From positions 320,001-384,000 of the forward strand of contig CBDCWI010000001.1 in assembly GCA_965223325.1 (NCBI GenBank): a DNA stretch of 64,000 nt, in the 5' to 3' direction. The translations under genes and the position numbers were made by a program. A model generated the notes under the pieces. It ran no database searches, was not told where the DNA came from, and was given only the letters and a program-made list of their open reading frames with translations. Of the stretch, positions 53,269-63,548 are shown piece after piece. Position 1 is the first letter of the stretch; each line of letters opens with the position of its first letter. The stretch comes from Candidatus Multivoradales bacterium (GTDB taxonomy: Bacteria > Acidobacteriota > Thermoanaerobaculia > Multivoradales > Multivoraceae).

Positions 53269-55043
53269 ACGCCCCGGCACCCGCCGAGGTGCAATCTGAA
53301 GGGCATCACTCCCAGGGGAACGGTGAGCAGTTCTTCCTGCAACTACCGTCGATCTTCCAGGCACGCGGACGAATCGCCCGCCATCTGATTGCCTCGGTGC
53401 GCCGCGAGTCGAAGCTCAAGGTCGGCTTCGTGAGCCTCTCGGCCGTCGTCCTCTGGGGCGGCGCCTTCTTGATCTCGTTTGGGATCCTCAGCCTCCTCTC
53501 CCGTCAGGGCAGCCTCGTCCTCGGCACCGAGGCGGGAATCGACCTCACCGATCTGATCTTCGAACGCATGCTTTCGGTGCTCGCGATGACCGTCTTCTCC
53601 CTGCTGGTGGTATCGAACATCCTGGTCTCGTTCGCGACGCTCTATCGGTCGCGCGAGACCCCCTGGCTGCTGCAGGCACCCTTGTCGACGGGCAAGTTCT
53701 TCTTCGCCCGGTTTCAGGAGTGCGTCAGCTTCTCGTCCTGGGCGCTGGCCTTTCTGGGTTCACCGATTCTCTTGGCGTATGGCGTGGTTCGCGAGGCTGC
53801 GCCGACGTTCTATCTCGCTGCCGTCTTGCTGTTCGTTCCCTTCGTGGCCATTCCTGCCGCTATTGGATCGCTCTTTACGATGACCCTGGTGCGCCTGCTC
53901 GCCGGCATGCGCAAACGAAGCCTGTTCGTCGTGGCGGTCGTCGCTTTCGTCACCGCGCTGGCGGTCCTGCGTGGGCTGATGCGGCAATCCGACACCGGTA
54001 CGGCCCTGCAAGGCGCCGACACGGTGCAGGCGGTGCTCGCTCTCATGGGGCGCACGCAGGCTCCTTGGCTCCCCAGTCACTGGCTTGCAGAAGGACTCCT
54101 CGGTGCCGCAGCCGGTGAGTTCTCGGTCTTCTTGTTCAACGCCATGCTGCTGGTGTCCAACGCCCTGATGGCCATCCTGGTCGCGACTCTGGTCGCCGAG
54201 CGGATCTTCTTCTACGGTTGGACCAACCTGGTTTCCGCCGACGAGGGCCGCGACGCGGTGAGAAAGCGCGGTCCGCTGAGCTTGATCGAACCTCTGCTCA
54301 GACCGATTCCCGAGCCCTGGCGGTCTCTGACGGTCAAGGACCTGCGCCTCTTCTGGCGCGACCCCGCACAGTGGTCCCAGTTCCTGATCTTCTTCGGCCT
54401 GTTGGCGATCTATCTGGCCAACATTCGCGCCGAGGGCGCCTGGCGCGAAGAACCCTTCCGCAGCTGGATCGCCCTCCTCAATATCGCCGTCACCATGCTG
54501 GTGCTGGCGACCCTGACCACCCGATTCGTCTTCCCGCTCATCAGTCTTGAGGGACGCCGCTTCTGGATCCTCGGTCTGGCACCGCTCACGAGGCGCACCC
54601 TCCTGTGGCAGAAGTTCTGGCTCAGTGCGGTCTCTACCGCGATGTTTACCGTGCCCGTCGCCATGCTCTCGGCACATCGTCTCGACCTCGATCGTTTCGC
54701 GCTCCTCTTGACCCTGGTGAGCGTGGCGGCCACCACCATCGCACTGTCTGGACTCGCGGTTGGGCTGGGCGGGCTCTATCCCAACTTCGAGGAAGACAAC
54801 CCGTCGCGCATTACCTCAGGAATGGGCGGCACCTTGAACTTCATTCTCAGTATGGTCTTCGTCACCTGCGTCACGATTGTCCAGGGAGTGCTGCTGCAGT
54901 GGCGACGCAGCGGCGACCTTTCCGCCATCTCGAGTGCTCAAGCGACCGCAACCGGCATTGCAGTCATTACCCTCCTGACGCTCGCCACATGGTGGATTCC
55001 CATGCTGCTCGGCGCCCGAAACCTGGCGCGCATCGAGGTCTAG
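53265..55043 (+). CDS. Putative ABC exporter permease
   Basis: Multi-TM; KDLRLFWRDPAQWSQ, RFVFPLISLEG; TTGA overlap. Confidence 0.88.
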   Translation: MNAPAPAEVQSEGHHSQGNGEQFFLQLPSIFQARGRIARHLIASVRRESKLKVGFVSLSAVVLWGGAFLISFGILSLLSRQGSLVLGTEAGIDLTDLIFERMLSVLAMTVFSLLVVSNILVSFATLYRSRETPWLLQAPLSTGKFFFARFQECVSFSSWALAFLGSPILLAYGVVREAAPTFYLAAVLLFVPFVAIPAAIGSLFTMTLVRLLAGMRKRSLFVVAVVAFVTALAVLRGLMRQSDTGTALQGADTVQAVLALMGRTQAPWLPSHWLAEGLLGAAAGEFSVFLFNAMLLVSNALMAILVATLVAERIFFYGWTNLVSADEGRDAVRKRGPLSLIEPLLRPIPEPWRSLTVKDLRLFWRDPAQWSQFLIFFGLLAIYLANIRAEGAWREEPFRSWIALLNIAVTMLVLATLTTRFVFPLISLEGRRFWILGLAPLTRRTLLWQKFWLSAVSTAMFTVPVAMLSAHRLDLDRFALLLTLVSVAATTIALSGLAVGLGGLYPNFEEDNPSRITSGMGGTLNFILSMVFVTCVTIVQGVLLQWRRSGDLSAISSAQATATGIAVITLLTLATWWIPMLLGARNLARIEV

Positions 55044-55171
55044 CGGGGCGGCTCGAGAACGCCGAATCCACCGCACATACGGCACTTCAGCGACTGGCGG
55101 CAAGAAATCAGGACGCGCAACGGGCAATCCGCTATGCTGCGCGCAGACTTTCTACTCTTGATGCTTGTCCT

Positions 55172-56770
55172 ATGACTACCGCCGCAATCTCTGCCGGTGC
55201 ACGAGTGCTCCTCGTTCATCAAAGCAGAACATCGCCCGACCGCCAGAGCGAGCTCTCTCGGCTCGAAGAACTGATCCGAGATGCCGATACCTCGCTGGCG
55301 ATAGACCGCGCCGCCACGCTCGACGCGGCGCTTACGCGACTCAAGGATCACCGCCCCGACCTCGTGCTGCTGCATGCCGGTCCACCGGGCTCCGCGGGCT
55401 TCGACTCGCTGACCCGCCTGCAAGACGAAGACCCGGCCCTACCGATTCTGGTGCTCTCACCCCACCCGGACACCTCGCGCGCCGAGGAGAGTGTGCGACG
55501 GGGTGCGCAGGACTACCTGGTTACCGACGAGATCAACAGCGGGGCACTCGCCCGCGCCGTCCGCAACTCGATCGAACGTGGCCGGGCGGCCGAGGAGCGC
55601 TTTCGGAGTTCGGTGGCCGACCAGAACCGTCGCCGGCTCGAAGATCTCGGCCGACTCGCCGGTGGAATCGCGCACGATTTCAACAACATGCTGGCCGTCA
55701 TGCTGGGCTTCGCCGAAATGGCGAGTGCAGACCTCGAAGAAGACGATCCGCGTGCCGACGCAATCCTCGAGATTCAGCGCACCGGGGAGAAGGCCCAGTC
55801 GCTGGTTCGCCGACTGCTCGCCTATAGCCGTCGCCAGGACCTGGAGTCCCGCCTCGTCGACGCCGACCAGGTGGTCACCGACACGTTGACCCCGCGGCTC
55901 GAACGCGAGAACCGCGGCATGGAGCTCGTCATTCAACGTGCCTCCGCTCCGCTACCGATCCGCGCTCATCCCGTTCAACTCGAAGACATCATCAACAACC
56001 TGGTCGACAACGCCGAAGAGGCGCTCCAGGTCAGCGGCCGAGTCGTCGTGCAGATGGATCCAGTCGAGATCGACGAAACCAACGACCGTCACCTCATTCC
56101 GCACGGGGAGTACGCACGCATCGCCGTCATCGACGACGGCATCGGCATCGAGTCGTCCCAGCTGCAACATATCTTCGAGCCCTTCTACACCCGCAAGAAG
56201 TCGGGCGGCCTGGGGCTCGGCCTGGCAACCGTCTACCAGACCGCCAAAGAGGCCGGCGGCTTCACCTTCGTCAGCAGCCGGGTTGGTGAGGGGTCGACCT
56301 TCGAAGTGTTGCTTCCCCTGGCCAGCGGTCCTGCCGCCGAAGCCTGGCGTCGCGAAGACACCGCCGAACTCCCACGCGGAAACGAGACGGTCCTACTGGT
56401 CGGTAGCAACGAGGAGAGACGCAAGCAGCTGCAGGAAATGCTCGAACTCCTCGGATACGGCATCGTCGTTGCCAACGACGTCGACAGCGCCGTGTCGGTC
56501 TACCGCCACGAGCACCGCGTGATCGACATGGTGGTCTCAGACGCCGACCTCGAGGACGGTTCTGGCACCGACCTCGTCGATGCCCTGCACGAGCACGACC
56601 GTCGACTGCGGATCGCTCTCATCGGTGAGTCGGAAAAGGCGATCACCGACATGCCCCTGGTCTGTGCGGTGGAACGGCCGGTCACGCTCTCCGGGCTCGC
56701 AAACCGGGTTCGAGGCCTGATCGACCTGCGGCGCCGCGGCCGCCCGCCGAAGCCTCGCGGCCTGCTGTAG
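55172..56770 (+). CDS. Cytoplasmic hybrid kinase REC-HisKA-HATPase-REC (CckA-like core)
   Basis: LAGGIAHDFNN, NLVDNA, DDGIGI, FEPFYT, GLGLGL; both receivers degenerate. Confidence 0.9.
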   Translation: MTTAAISAGARVLLVHQSRTSPDRQSELSRLEELIRDADTSLAIDRAATLDAALTRLKDHRPDLVLLHAGPPGSAGFDSLTRLQDEDPALPILVLSPHPDTSRAEESVRRGAQDYLVTDEINSGALARAVRNSIERGRAAEERFRSSVADQNRRRLEDLGRLAGGIAHDFNNMLAVMLGFAEMASADLEEDDPRADAILEIQRTGEKAQSLVRRLLAYSRRQDLESRLVDADQVVTDTLTPRLERENRGMELVIQRASAPLPIRAHPVQLEDIINNLVDNAEEALQVSGRVVVQMDPVEIDETNDRHLIPHGEYARIAVIDDGIGIESSQLQHIFEPFYTRKKSGGLGLGLATVYQTAKEAGGFTFVSSRVGEGSTFEVLLPLASGPAAEAWRREDTAELPRGNETVLLVGSNEERRKQLQEMLELLGYGIVVANDVDSAVSVYRHEHRVIDMVVSDADLEDGSGTDLVDALHEHDRRLRIALIGESEKAITDMPLVCAVERPVTLSGLANRVRGLIDLRRRGRPPKPRGLL

Positions 56771-57217
56771 GCGTAGCAGGCCCCGTGGTTTTTCGGCTTT
56801 TGTAAAGCGCATCTTCTTGGGGAGAGTGGTGGGCGTGAGTCGCGACCTTCTGGTCCCGAGAGGTCGTGTACCACGGGCCCTGCTACCGTCACTTTTGCAG
56901 CGAAAGCGGTCCGCTGGGCGGGCCGTCGTCGTCAGTGGTCGCCCTGCCGATGCGTCCGCGGACTTCGAGTGACCGTCGCGCGCCGCGGATTCCTGGCTTC
57001 GTCGGAACGATTGGTTCGTGTTCAGGATTGCCGCGCTGCCTTCGCTGCGCACCTGACGAAGCGACTTCCGTCGGGGCAAGGTCATCGGGGCAAGATCGAT
57101 CAGACCTCGCGTGTAGGTGCGTCCGCGGACTCGGAGCGACTGTGGTGCCCCGAGGGTTCTGCCCCTTGCCGCGTCCCCGGTGTACGCTCTGTGGCCGAAC
57201 CACCCATGGAGTCTGCG

Positions 57218-58546
57218 ATGCGTTCGTTCGACCGCCACCTCTCTGCTCTTCTCACCTCGATGCTCCTGTGCCTGGGAACCTGGGTCATGAGCCCCTCCCA
57301 GCTCCTGGCCAGTGAGCGCACGCTCATCCAGACCGGTGAGACCATCGATGGGCTTGCTGCTCTACCGCTCGGTCCTCGCTGCCTGGTGATCGAAAACGGT
57401 CGCATTGCGGCAATCGAGAAGGCTCGTTGCCGGCCTGACGAGACGGACACATTCATCGACCTCGGCGATCAGACCGTGCTGCCTGGTTTCATGGATATGC
57501 ACGTGCACTTGCTCGGTGAAAGCAGCCCGTCTAGCTACCTGCGGCGCTATCAGGACGATCCGGCCGATGCGGTGCTCGATGGTGTGGTCTATGCCCGGCG
57601 CACACTCGAAGCCGGCTTTACGACTGTGCGCGATCTGGGCGGGGAGACCAGCGCGATCACCGCTCTGCGCGATGCCATCAACCGCGGAAAGGTGATCGGG
57701 CCGACGATCTACGCCGCCACTGCGAGTCTTGCCTCGACCGGCGGTCACGGCGACCCGTCGAACGGCCTCAACCGCGCTCTGTCCTGGCATCCGACTCCGG
57801 CCGACGGCGTCGTCAACAGCACCGCTGACGCACGGCAGGCAGTTCGTCAGCGCTACAAGGAGGGGGCCGATCTCATCAAGATCACGGCCACCGGTGGAGT
57901 CCTCAGCCTGGCCAAGAGCGGCCAGAACCCACAGTTCACCGAAGACGAGGTTCGCGCCATCGTCGAAGCCGCCCAGGACTACGGCTTTCATGTCGCGGCT
58001 CACGCTCACGGCACCGAGGGCATCAAGCGGGCAGTGCGCGCCGGCGTGCGCTCGATCGAGCACGGCACGTACCTCGATCAGGAGGCAATGGAGTTGATGA
58101 AGGAGCGCGGCACCTTCTACGTCCCCACCATCTCAGCGGGGCGATTCGTTGCCGAGAAGGCGAAGATCGACGGCTACTACCCGGAGATCATTCGCCCCAA
58201 GGCCGCCCAGATCGGGCCGGTGATCCAGGAGACCTTCTCGGCTGCATGGGACGCCGGCGTACGCATCGCCTTCGGCACCGACTGTGGTGTTTGCGTGCAC
58301 GGTGACAACGCCCATGAGTTCGTCTACATGGTCGAAGCCGGCATGCCACCGATGAAGGCCATCCTGTCAGCGACCTCCGAAACTGCTGAGCTGCTCGAGA
58401 TCGCCGACGATGTCGGGACCCTGAGCGTCGGCAAGCGCGCCGATATCGTTGCCGTTGAGGACGACCCTCTAACAGACATCAAGGCACTGCTCGAAGTCGG
58501 CTTTGTGATGAAGGGCGGGGTCGTCTACAAGAACACCTTTGGCTGA
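57218..58546 (+). CDS. Secreted amidohydrolase (Xaa-Pro dipeptidase-like)
   Basis: [40 protein letters not shown]. Confidence 0.92.
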   Translation: MRSFDRHLSALLTSMLLCLGTWVMSPSQLLASERTLIQTGETIDGLAALPLGPRCLVIENGRIAAIEKARCRPDETDTFIDLGDQTVLPGFMDMHVHLLGESSPSSYLRRYQDDPADAVLDGVVYARRTLEAGFTTVRDLGGETSAITALRDAINRGKVIGPTIYAATASLASTGGHGDPSNGLNRALSWHPTPADGVVNSTADARQAVRQRYKEGADLIKITATGGVLSLAKSGQNPQFTEDEVRAIVEAAQDYGFHVAAHAHGTEGIKRAVRAGVRSIEHGTYLDQEAMELMKERGTFYVPTISAGRFVAEKAKIDGYYPEIIRPKAAQIGPVIQETFSAAWDAGVRIAFGTDCGVCVHGDNAHEFVYMVEAGMPPMKAILSATSETAELLEIADDVGTLSVGKRADIVAVEDDPLTDIKALLEVGFVMKGGVVYKNTFG

Positions 58547-58570
58547 CCTCGGCAGGCATAACGCAGGCGC

Positions 58571-59533
58571 TCAGCCATGGAACGCGCAGTCGTCGCACTG
58601 CGACTCGCCGTCTTCGATCTGCAGGGTCACGTGGTCGAGCTCGAAACTCTCGCGTAGGAGCTGGACGAGGACTGGCAGGAGCGACTGACCGCGACCCTCT
58701 TCAGCCACCACGTGCGCCATCAATGCTTCGCGCCCCGAGCCAATCGTCCAAGCGTGAAGATCATGAATCGACAACACACCATCGACCGCCGCCAGTCGAT
58801 GCTCGATGTCGACCAGATCGAGGCGTGATGGCGCTGACTCGAGCAGCACCTCGACGGTATCGCGCAAGAGCGCCAACGACGAGAACAGAACTAGGCTGCC
58901 GATGATCGCCGACGCCAACGGGTCCGCCCAGTAGAGCTTCCAGCCGTAGATCAGAGCTGCCGATGCAATCGCTCCAACGCTCCCGAGAGTGTCGGCCAGC
59001 ATGTGCAGCCAGGCCCCTCGCACGTTGAGACTGTGTTGTTGGCCACCATGGAGAACTACGACCCCAATCAGGTTGACGACCAAGCCACCGATCGCAACCA
59101 ACAGCATCGGCCCGCCCAGAACCTCAGGGGGATTCTGGAAACGTTCCCAGGCCTCTTTGAAGATGAAAATCGCAATGACGATCAGGGTGACCGCGTTGAT
59201 CAACGCTCCCAGCACTTCGGCGCGATGAAGACCGAACGTCCGCAACGGAGTCGGCGGCTGGCGACCAATCCAGATCGCAATGAGTGCAATCGACAGTGCC
59301 GCGACGTCCGAGAACATGTGACTCGCATCTGCCAACAGCGCGAGCGAACCGGTGACCAAACCGCCAATGACCTCGGCGAAGGCGTAGGCGAGCACCAGAA
59401 CGAGAACGAAGGCTAGCTTGCGGGCGTTGCCAAGGCTTGTGTGTTCACCGAGACGAGCGTGGGAATGACCGTGATGATGGCCGTGATGGCCGTGATGGTG
59501 GTGACCGTGGTCCGGTGCTTGGGAAACGTGCAT
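58571..59533 (-). CDS. Cation diffusion facilitator (CzcD/ZitB-like)
   Basis: His-rich N-terminus; SLALLADASHMFSD, GAWLHMLADTLGS, HDLHAW, HVTLQIE. Confidence 0.95.
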   Translation of the reverse strand: MHVSQAPDHGHHHHGHHGHHHGHSHARLGEHTSLGNARKLAFVLVLVLAYAFAEVIGGLVTGSLALLADASHMFSDVAALSIALIAIWIGRQPPTPLRTFGLHRAEVLGALINAVTLIVIAIFIFKEAWERFQNPPEVLGGPMLLVAIGGLVVNLIGVVVLHGGQQHSLNVRGAWLHMLADTLGSVGAIASAALIYGWKLYWADPLASAIIGSLVLFSSLALLRDTVEVLLESAPSRLDLVDIEHRLAAVDGVLSIHDLHAWTIGSGREALMAHVVAEEGRGQSLLPVLVQLLRESFELDHVTLQIEDGESQCDDCAFHG

Positions 59534-59651
59534 TCTCAGCCAATCATCTGCTGCCGCCCCGGGGGCCGGGAGGGGGCGAAAGGGCGCAAAAGGTCTCCGA
59601 TGGTATCGCGGTAAGGTGCTCTGCATCCCGTTCCCCTCAAGGAGACTCGAC

Positions 59652-61433
59652 ATGCTGCGACCCGTCGCACTCGGAACCCGACCCCGGTTCGCCCTCATGG
59701 GTTCGTTCCTGATCCTCGGCCTCGCTCTGGCAACGGCCGGCTGCCAGCCTTCCACGGCTGGCCCAGCCGCGGACCACGCCGGCTTCGATGTTCGCATCGC
59801 GCCCGAGCTCACAACCGAGCCACTCACCGGCCGGCTCATCCTGATGTTCGCCGCGCCCGACTCGGAGTCCGAACCGCGCAACCAGGTCGGCCCGAGACTG
59901 GGGGCGATTCCTGTCTTCGGAGTCGACGTTCGCAATCACGATTCCGCCGAGCCCATCCACGTGAGCGGTGACACCTTCGGCTTCCCAATCGAGAGCCTCG
60001 CCGAACTTCCCGATGGCGAGTACCGAGTGCAGGCGCTCTTCCATCACTACGAGACGTTCAACCTCGCCAACGGCAAGACCGTCGAGCTCCCGATGGATCG
60101 CGGCGAAGGCCAGCAGTGGCGCACCGCCCCGGGCAACTTCTTTAACGATCCCGTCACCATGACCATAGACGCTTCGGTCGGGGCAGCGCCCGAGATCGAG
60201 CTCGATCGGGTCAACCCACCCATCGACCCGCCGGCCGACACCGCCTTCATCAAGCACGTCAAGATGAAGAGCGACCTGTTGTCTGAGTTCTGGGGCCGCG
60301 ACATGTATCTCGGCGCCAACGTACTTTTGCCGTGGGGCTTCCTAGACCACCCCGAAGCGCGCTATCCCTTAGCCATCTTCCATGGTCACTTCCCCTACAC
60401 CTTCGGTGGCTTCCGCACCGAGCCGCCCGACCCGGACCTCGAACCGGACTGGAGCGATCGCTTTCACGTCGCGGGCTACAACATCATCCAGCAGCAAGAG
60501 GCGTACGACTTCTACCGCTACTGGACCGCACCCGACACCCCACGCATGTTGATCATCGAGGTGCAACACGCCAACCCGTACTACGACGATTCCTATGCGG
60601 TGAATTCGGCCAACCTCGGCCCCTACGGCGACGCCATCACCTATGAGCTGGTTCCCTTCATCGAAGAGAAGTTCCGTGGTCTCGGCGAAGGCTGGGCGCG
60701 CTTTACCTGGGGCGGCTCGACTGGCGGTTGGGAGGCGCTCGCGGTACAGGTCAAGTACCCCGACGAGTACAACGGCTGCTTCGCCGCCTGCCCGGACCCG
60801 ATCGACTTCCGCGCCTATATGACCGTCGACATCTACGAAGATGAGAACGCCTACTTCTACGACTCGAAGTTCAAGCGCCAGGAGCGACCAGGGTGGCGCA
60901 ACACCTGGGGCGACGTCGAGGCCAGCGTGCGCGACTTCAACATGGTCGAACTGGCCCTGGGGTCCAACGGTCGGAGCGGCGATCAAATGGACGTGTGGCA
61001 AGCGGTCTACTCGCCCATGGGCGACGACGGTTACCCCAAGCCAATCTGGAACAAGATGACCGGCGAGATCGACAAAGAGGTCGCCCTGTACTGGCGCGAG
61101 AACTATGACCTGCGCTACATCATGGAGCGCGACTGGGCGACCCTGGGCCCAAAGCTCGAGGGCAAGATCCACATCTATTGCGGCGACATGGACAACTACT
61201 ACCTGAACAACGCCGTCGTTCTCACCGAAGAGTTCCTCGAGTCCACGACTGATCCCTACTACGACGGCGAAGTCGACTACGGCGACCGTGCCGAGCATTG
61301 CTGGAACGGCGACCAGGAGAATCCGAACCACATCTCGAGGCTGCGCTACAACAGCATGTACATGCCCAAGGTCATGCAGCGGATCAAGGAATCCGCGCCG
61401 CCGGGAGCAGACACGACGAGCTGGCGCTACTGA
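59652..61433 (+). CDS. Lipoprotein alpha/beta-hydrolase (putative esterase)
   Basis: Lipobox LATAGC; GGSTGG nucleophile elbow; GDMDNYYL, EHCW. Confidence 0.82.
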   Translation: MLRPVALGTRPRFALMGSFLILGLALATAGCQPSTAGPAADHAGFDVRIAPELTTEPLTGRLILMFAAPDSESEPRNQVGPRLGAIPVFGVDVRNHDSAEPIHVSGDTFGFPIESLAELPDGEYRVQALFHHYETFNLANGKTVELPMDRGEGQQWRTAPGNFFNDPVTMTIDASVGAAPEIELDRVNPPIDPPADTAFIKHVKMKSDLLSEFWGRDMYLGANVLLPWGFLDHPEARYPLAIFHGHFPYTFGGFRTEPPDPDLEPDWSDRFHVAGYNIIQQQEAYDFYRYWTAPDTPRMLIIEVQHANPYYDDSYAVNSANLGPYGDAITYELVPFIEEKFRGLGEGWARFTWGGSTGGWEALAVQVKYPDEYNGCFAACPDPIDFRAYMTVDIYEDENAYFYDSKFKRQERPGWRNTWGDVEASVRDFNMVELALGSNGRSGDQMDVWQAVYSPMGDDGYPKPIWNKMTGEIDKEVALYWRENYDLRYIMERDWATLGPKLEGKIHIYCGDMDNYYLNNAVVLTEEFLESTTDPYYDGEVDYGDRAEHCWNGDQENPNHISRLRYNSMYMPKVMQRIKESAPPGADTTSWRY

Positions 61434-61468
61434 CGAGCGCCTCTCACGGGCCCGGGTAACCGTGAGCC

Positions 61469-62995
61469 CTAGTTGGCGCGTGCGGCCAGCTCCTGCAGCG
61501 TGCTCAACAGCTCGACGCGCTGGTAGGGCTTCTTCAAACACTTCGCCTCGTCGGTCAACAGTCCCGCGCGACGGATTTCGCGCGCCGAGTAGCCTGAGAT
61601 GAAGAGCGTGCGAATTTTCGGTGCCACGCTGGAAACGGCCTCGGCGAGTTCAGCGCCATTCATGCGCGGCATGATGACGTCGGTGACCAGGAGATCGATC
61701 TCTTCCCAGCGCTCCTTGACGATCTCGAGGGCTTCAACGCCACTGCAAGCATCGATCACCGTGTAGCCGGCCTCTTCGAGAATCCTCTGCGTCAGGAGGC
61801 GAACGCTCTCGTCGTCCTCGACCAACATGACGGTGCGGTTCTCGAGCTCGATCTTGGGCAGATGGGTTGCGTCGATCGTGGGTTCGTGAGGCTCACCGTC
61901 GACCGGGAGATGGACCTCGAAGGTCGTGCCCTTGCCCTTCTCGCTGAAGACCCATACAAAGCCACCACTCTGCTTGACGATTCCGTAGACCGTGGCGAGG
62001 CCGAGTCCGGTGCCCTCCTCGGGGCCTTTGGTCGTGAAGAACGGGTCGAAAATGTGGCTCAGGGTCTCGCGTGTCATGCCAACGCCGTCGTCGGCAACCC
62101 GAACCACGATGTAGTCCCCCTCGTGAACCACCTGGCCCTGGTGCCAGCCGGCCTCGAAGTGGCGCATGGAAGTCGAGATGGTCAGCGTTCCGCCACCCGG
62201 CATCGCATCGCGCGCGTTGATGGCGAGGTTCAACACCACCTGTTGGAGCTGGGAGTCGTCGGCGATCAGCGTCTCGAGATCCTCATGAAGGTCGAGCTCG
62301 ACTTCGATCTGCTCACCGATCGTGCGCTCGAGGAAGTCGCGCGACTCGCGTACGACCTTGTTGACGTCGACCGGGCCGCGCGACATGACCTGTTGACGAC
62401 TGAATGCCAGCAACTGTTGGGTCAAAGCGGCGCCGCGTTCCGAAGCCTTGACGATCGTCGAAGCGAAGCTCTCGGCCGCATGAGTGAGGCTCACGTCGTC
62501 ACGAAGAAGGGTGGCATAGCCCTGAATGACCATCAGGAGGTTATTGAAGTCGTGTGCAACCCCTCCCGCGAGCCGGCCGACAGCCTCGAGCCGCTGCGCC
62601 TGGAGAATCTGGCGTTCGACGCTGCGGCGCTCCAACGCCTGGACGACAGCGCGCTCGAGTCGGACGCGACCGAACTGGCCTTTGACCAGATAGTCGTGCA
62701 CTCCGACGTGCGCTGCCGCTACGACTGTCTCCAGGTCGTCCTCCGCACTCAGCACCATCACGGGCGCCATCGGGTGGCGGCGCCGAAACTCCTGCAGGGT
62801 GTCGACTCCCTGGCGCTTCTCGAGGTTGAGCTCGAGTAGAGAAAGGTCGGCGTGATGATCGGCAAGCCATTCACTGGCTGCGTCGAGATCAGGCGCCTGA
62901 TACAAGTCGATCGCCAGTCGCTCACACTCGAGCAACATCTCGACAACTGCCGCGACATCGTCTGGGTTGTTGTCGACGAGCAGCAAGGTCCGCAC
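61469..62995 (-). CDS. Cytoplasmic hybrid kinase REC-HisKA-HATPase-REC (CckA-like core)
   Basis: [41 protein letters not shown]; GTG start with GGAGG RBS. Confidence 0.92.
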   Translation of the reverse strand: MRTLLLVDNNPDDVAAVVEMLLECERLAIDLYQAPDLDAASEWLADHHADLSLLELNLEKRQGVDTLQEFRRRHPMAPVMVLSAEDDLETVVAAAHVGVHDYLVKGQFGRVRLERAVVQALERRSVERQILQAQRLEAVGRLAGGVAHDFNNLLMVIQGYATLLRDDVSLTHAAESFASTIVKASERGAALTQQLLAFSRQQVMSRGPVDVNKVVRESRDFLERTIGEQIEVELDLHEDLETLIADDSQLQQVVLNLAINARDAMPGGGTLTISTSMRHFEAGWHQGQVVHEGDYIVVRVADDGVGMTRETLSHIFDPFFTTKGPEEGTGLGLATVYGIVKQSGGFVWVFSEKGKGTTFEVHLPVDGEPHEPTIDATHLPKIELENRTVMLVEDDESVRLLTQRILEEAGYTVIDACSGVEALEIVKERWEEIDLLVTDVIMPRMNGAELAEAVSSVAPKIRTLFISGYSAREIRRAGLLTDEAKCLKKPYQRVELLSTLQELAARAN

Positions 62996-63242
62996 GCCTT
63001 CCTCCGCTGACCTGGGTGTCAGGGTGGCCGAGTTCGAATGGCGAATCAGAAGCTGAACGGGCGAAGAAGAGTCGTGAATCATGCCTTCACGGAGGGAGTT
63101 TCCGAGGTTTCGCCCCGGAAGCACCTCATGGAATCCAGAGGGAGGCACCGGCCTTACGGCTCGATCTCAAGAGTATATCCTTTTTTCTATGAAACCTAGT
63201 TTTTCGATGTAATCTTTCTCAGCTTCTGGTCACATTCACGAT

Positions 63243-63271
63243 TGACCTACCGGACGGTCGGTCGTACGATG
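63243..63271 (+). promoter_or_regulatory. Sigma70 promoter with overlapping TetR-type operator
   Basis: TTGACC-N17-TACGAT; imperfect palindrome gacctaccggacggtcggtc across the spacer. Confidence 0.65.
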
Positions 63272-63548
63272 GCAGAGACCCACACAGTCCCTTTGAGGAA
63301 GCGCTGCGAGCCCCTTTAGAGCACGTCTGGGCACCGAGGCGGCACTTCGGCCGCCGATGGTCGGTGCCAGCCCCCTCTAAAGGTGCGATGATCAGGAGTC
63401 CTCCTGCCCGTTGAACTGTCGGCCCCTACGAGGCGTCCTCGGCTCGAGCCTGCCATCAGGGACTCACCTGCGCCTCCAGAGGCCGGCGGCCAGAAACGTC
63501 TTACCCACCCCGCCTTCAGACCAAGAACCTCACCACGGAGACCCGTTC

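Noticed and set aside
54605-55171. 189-aa N-terminal extension of the hybrid kinase
   Set aside because: Overlaps the permease in another frame; the receiver domain starts near ATG 55172.
56537-57238. 233-aa minus-strand ORF across the intergenic gap
   Set aside because: Overlaps two real genes, no RBS or motif seen.
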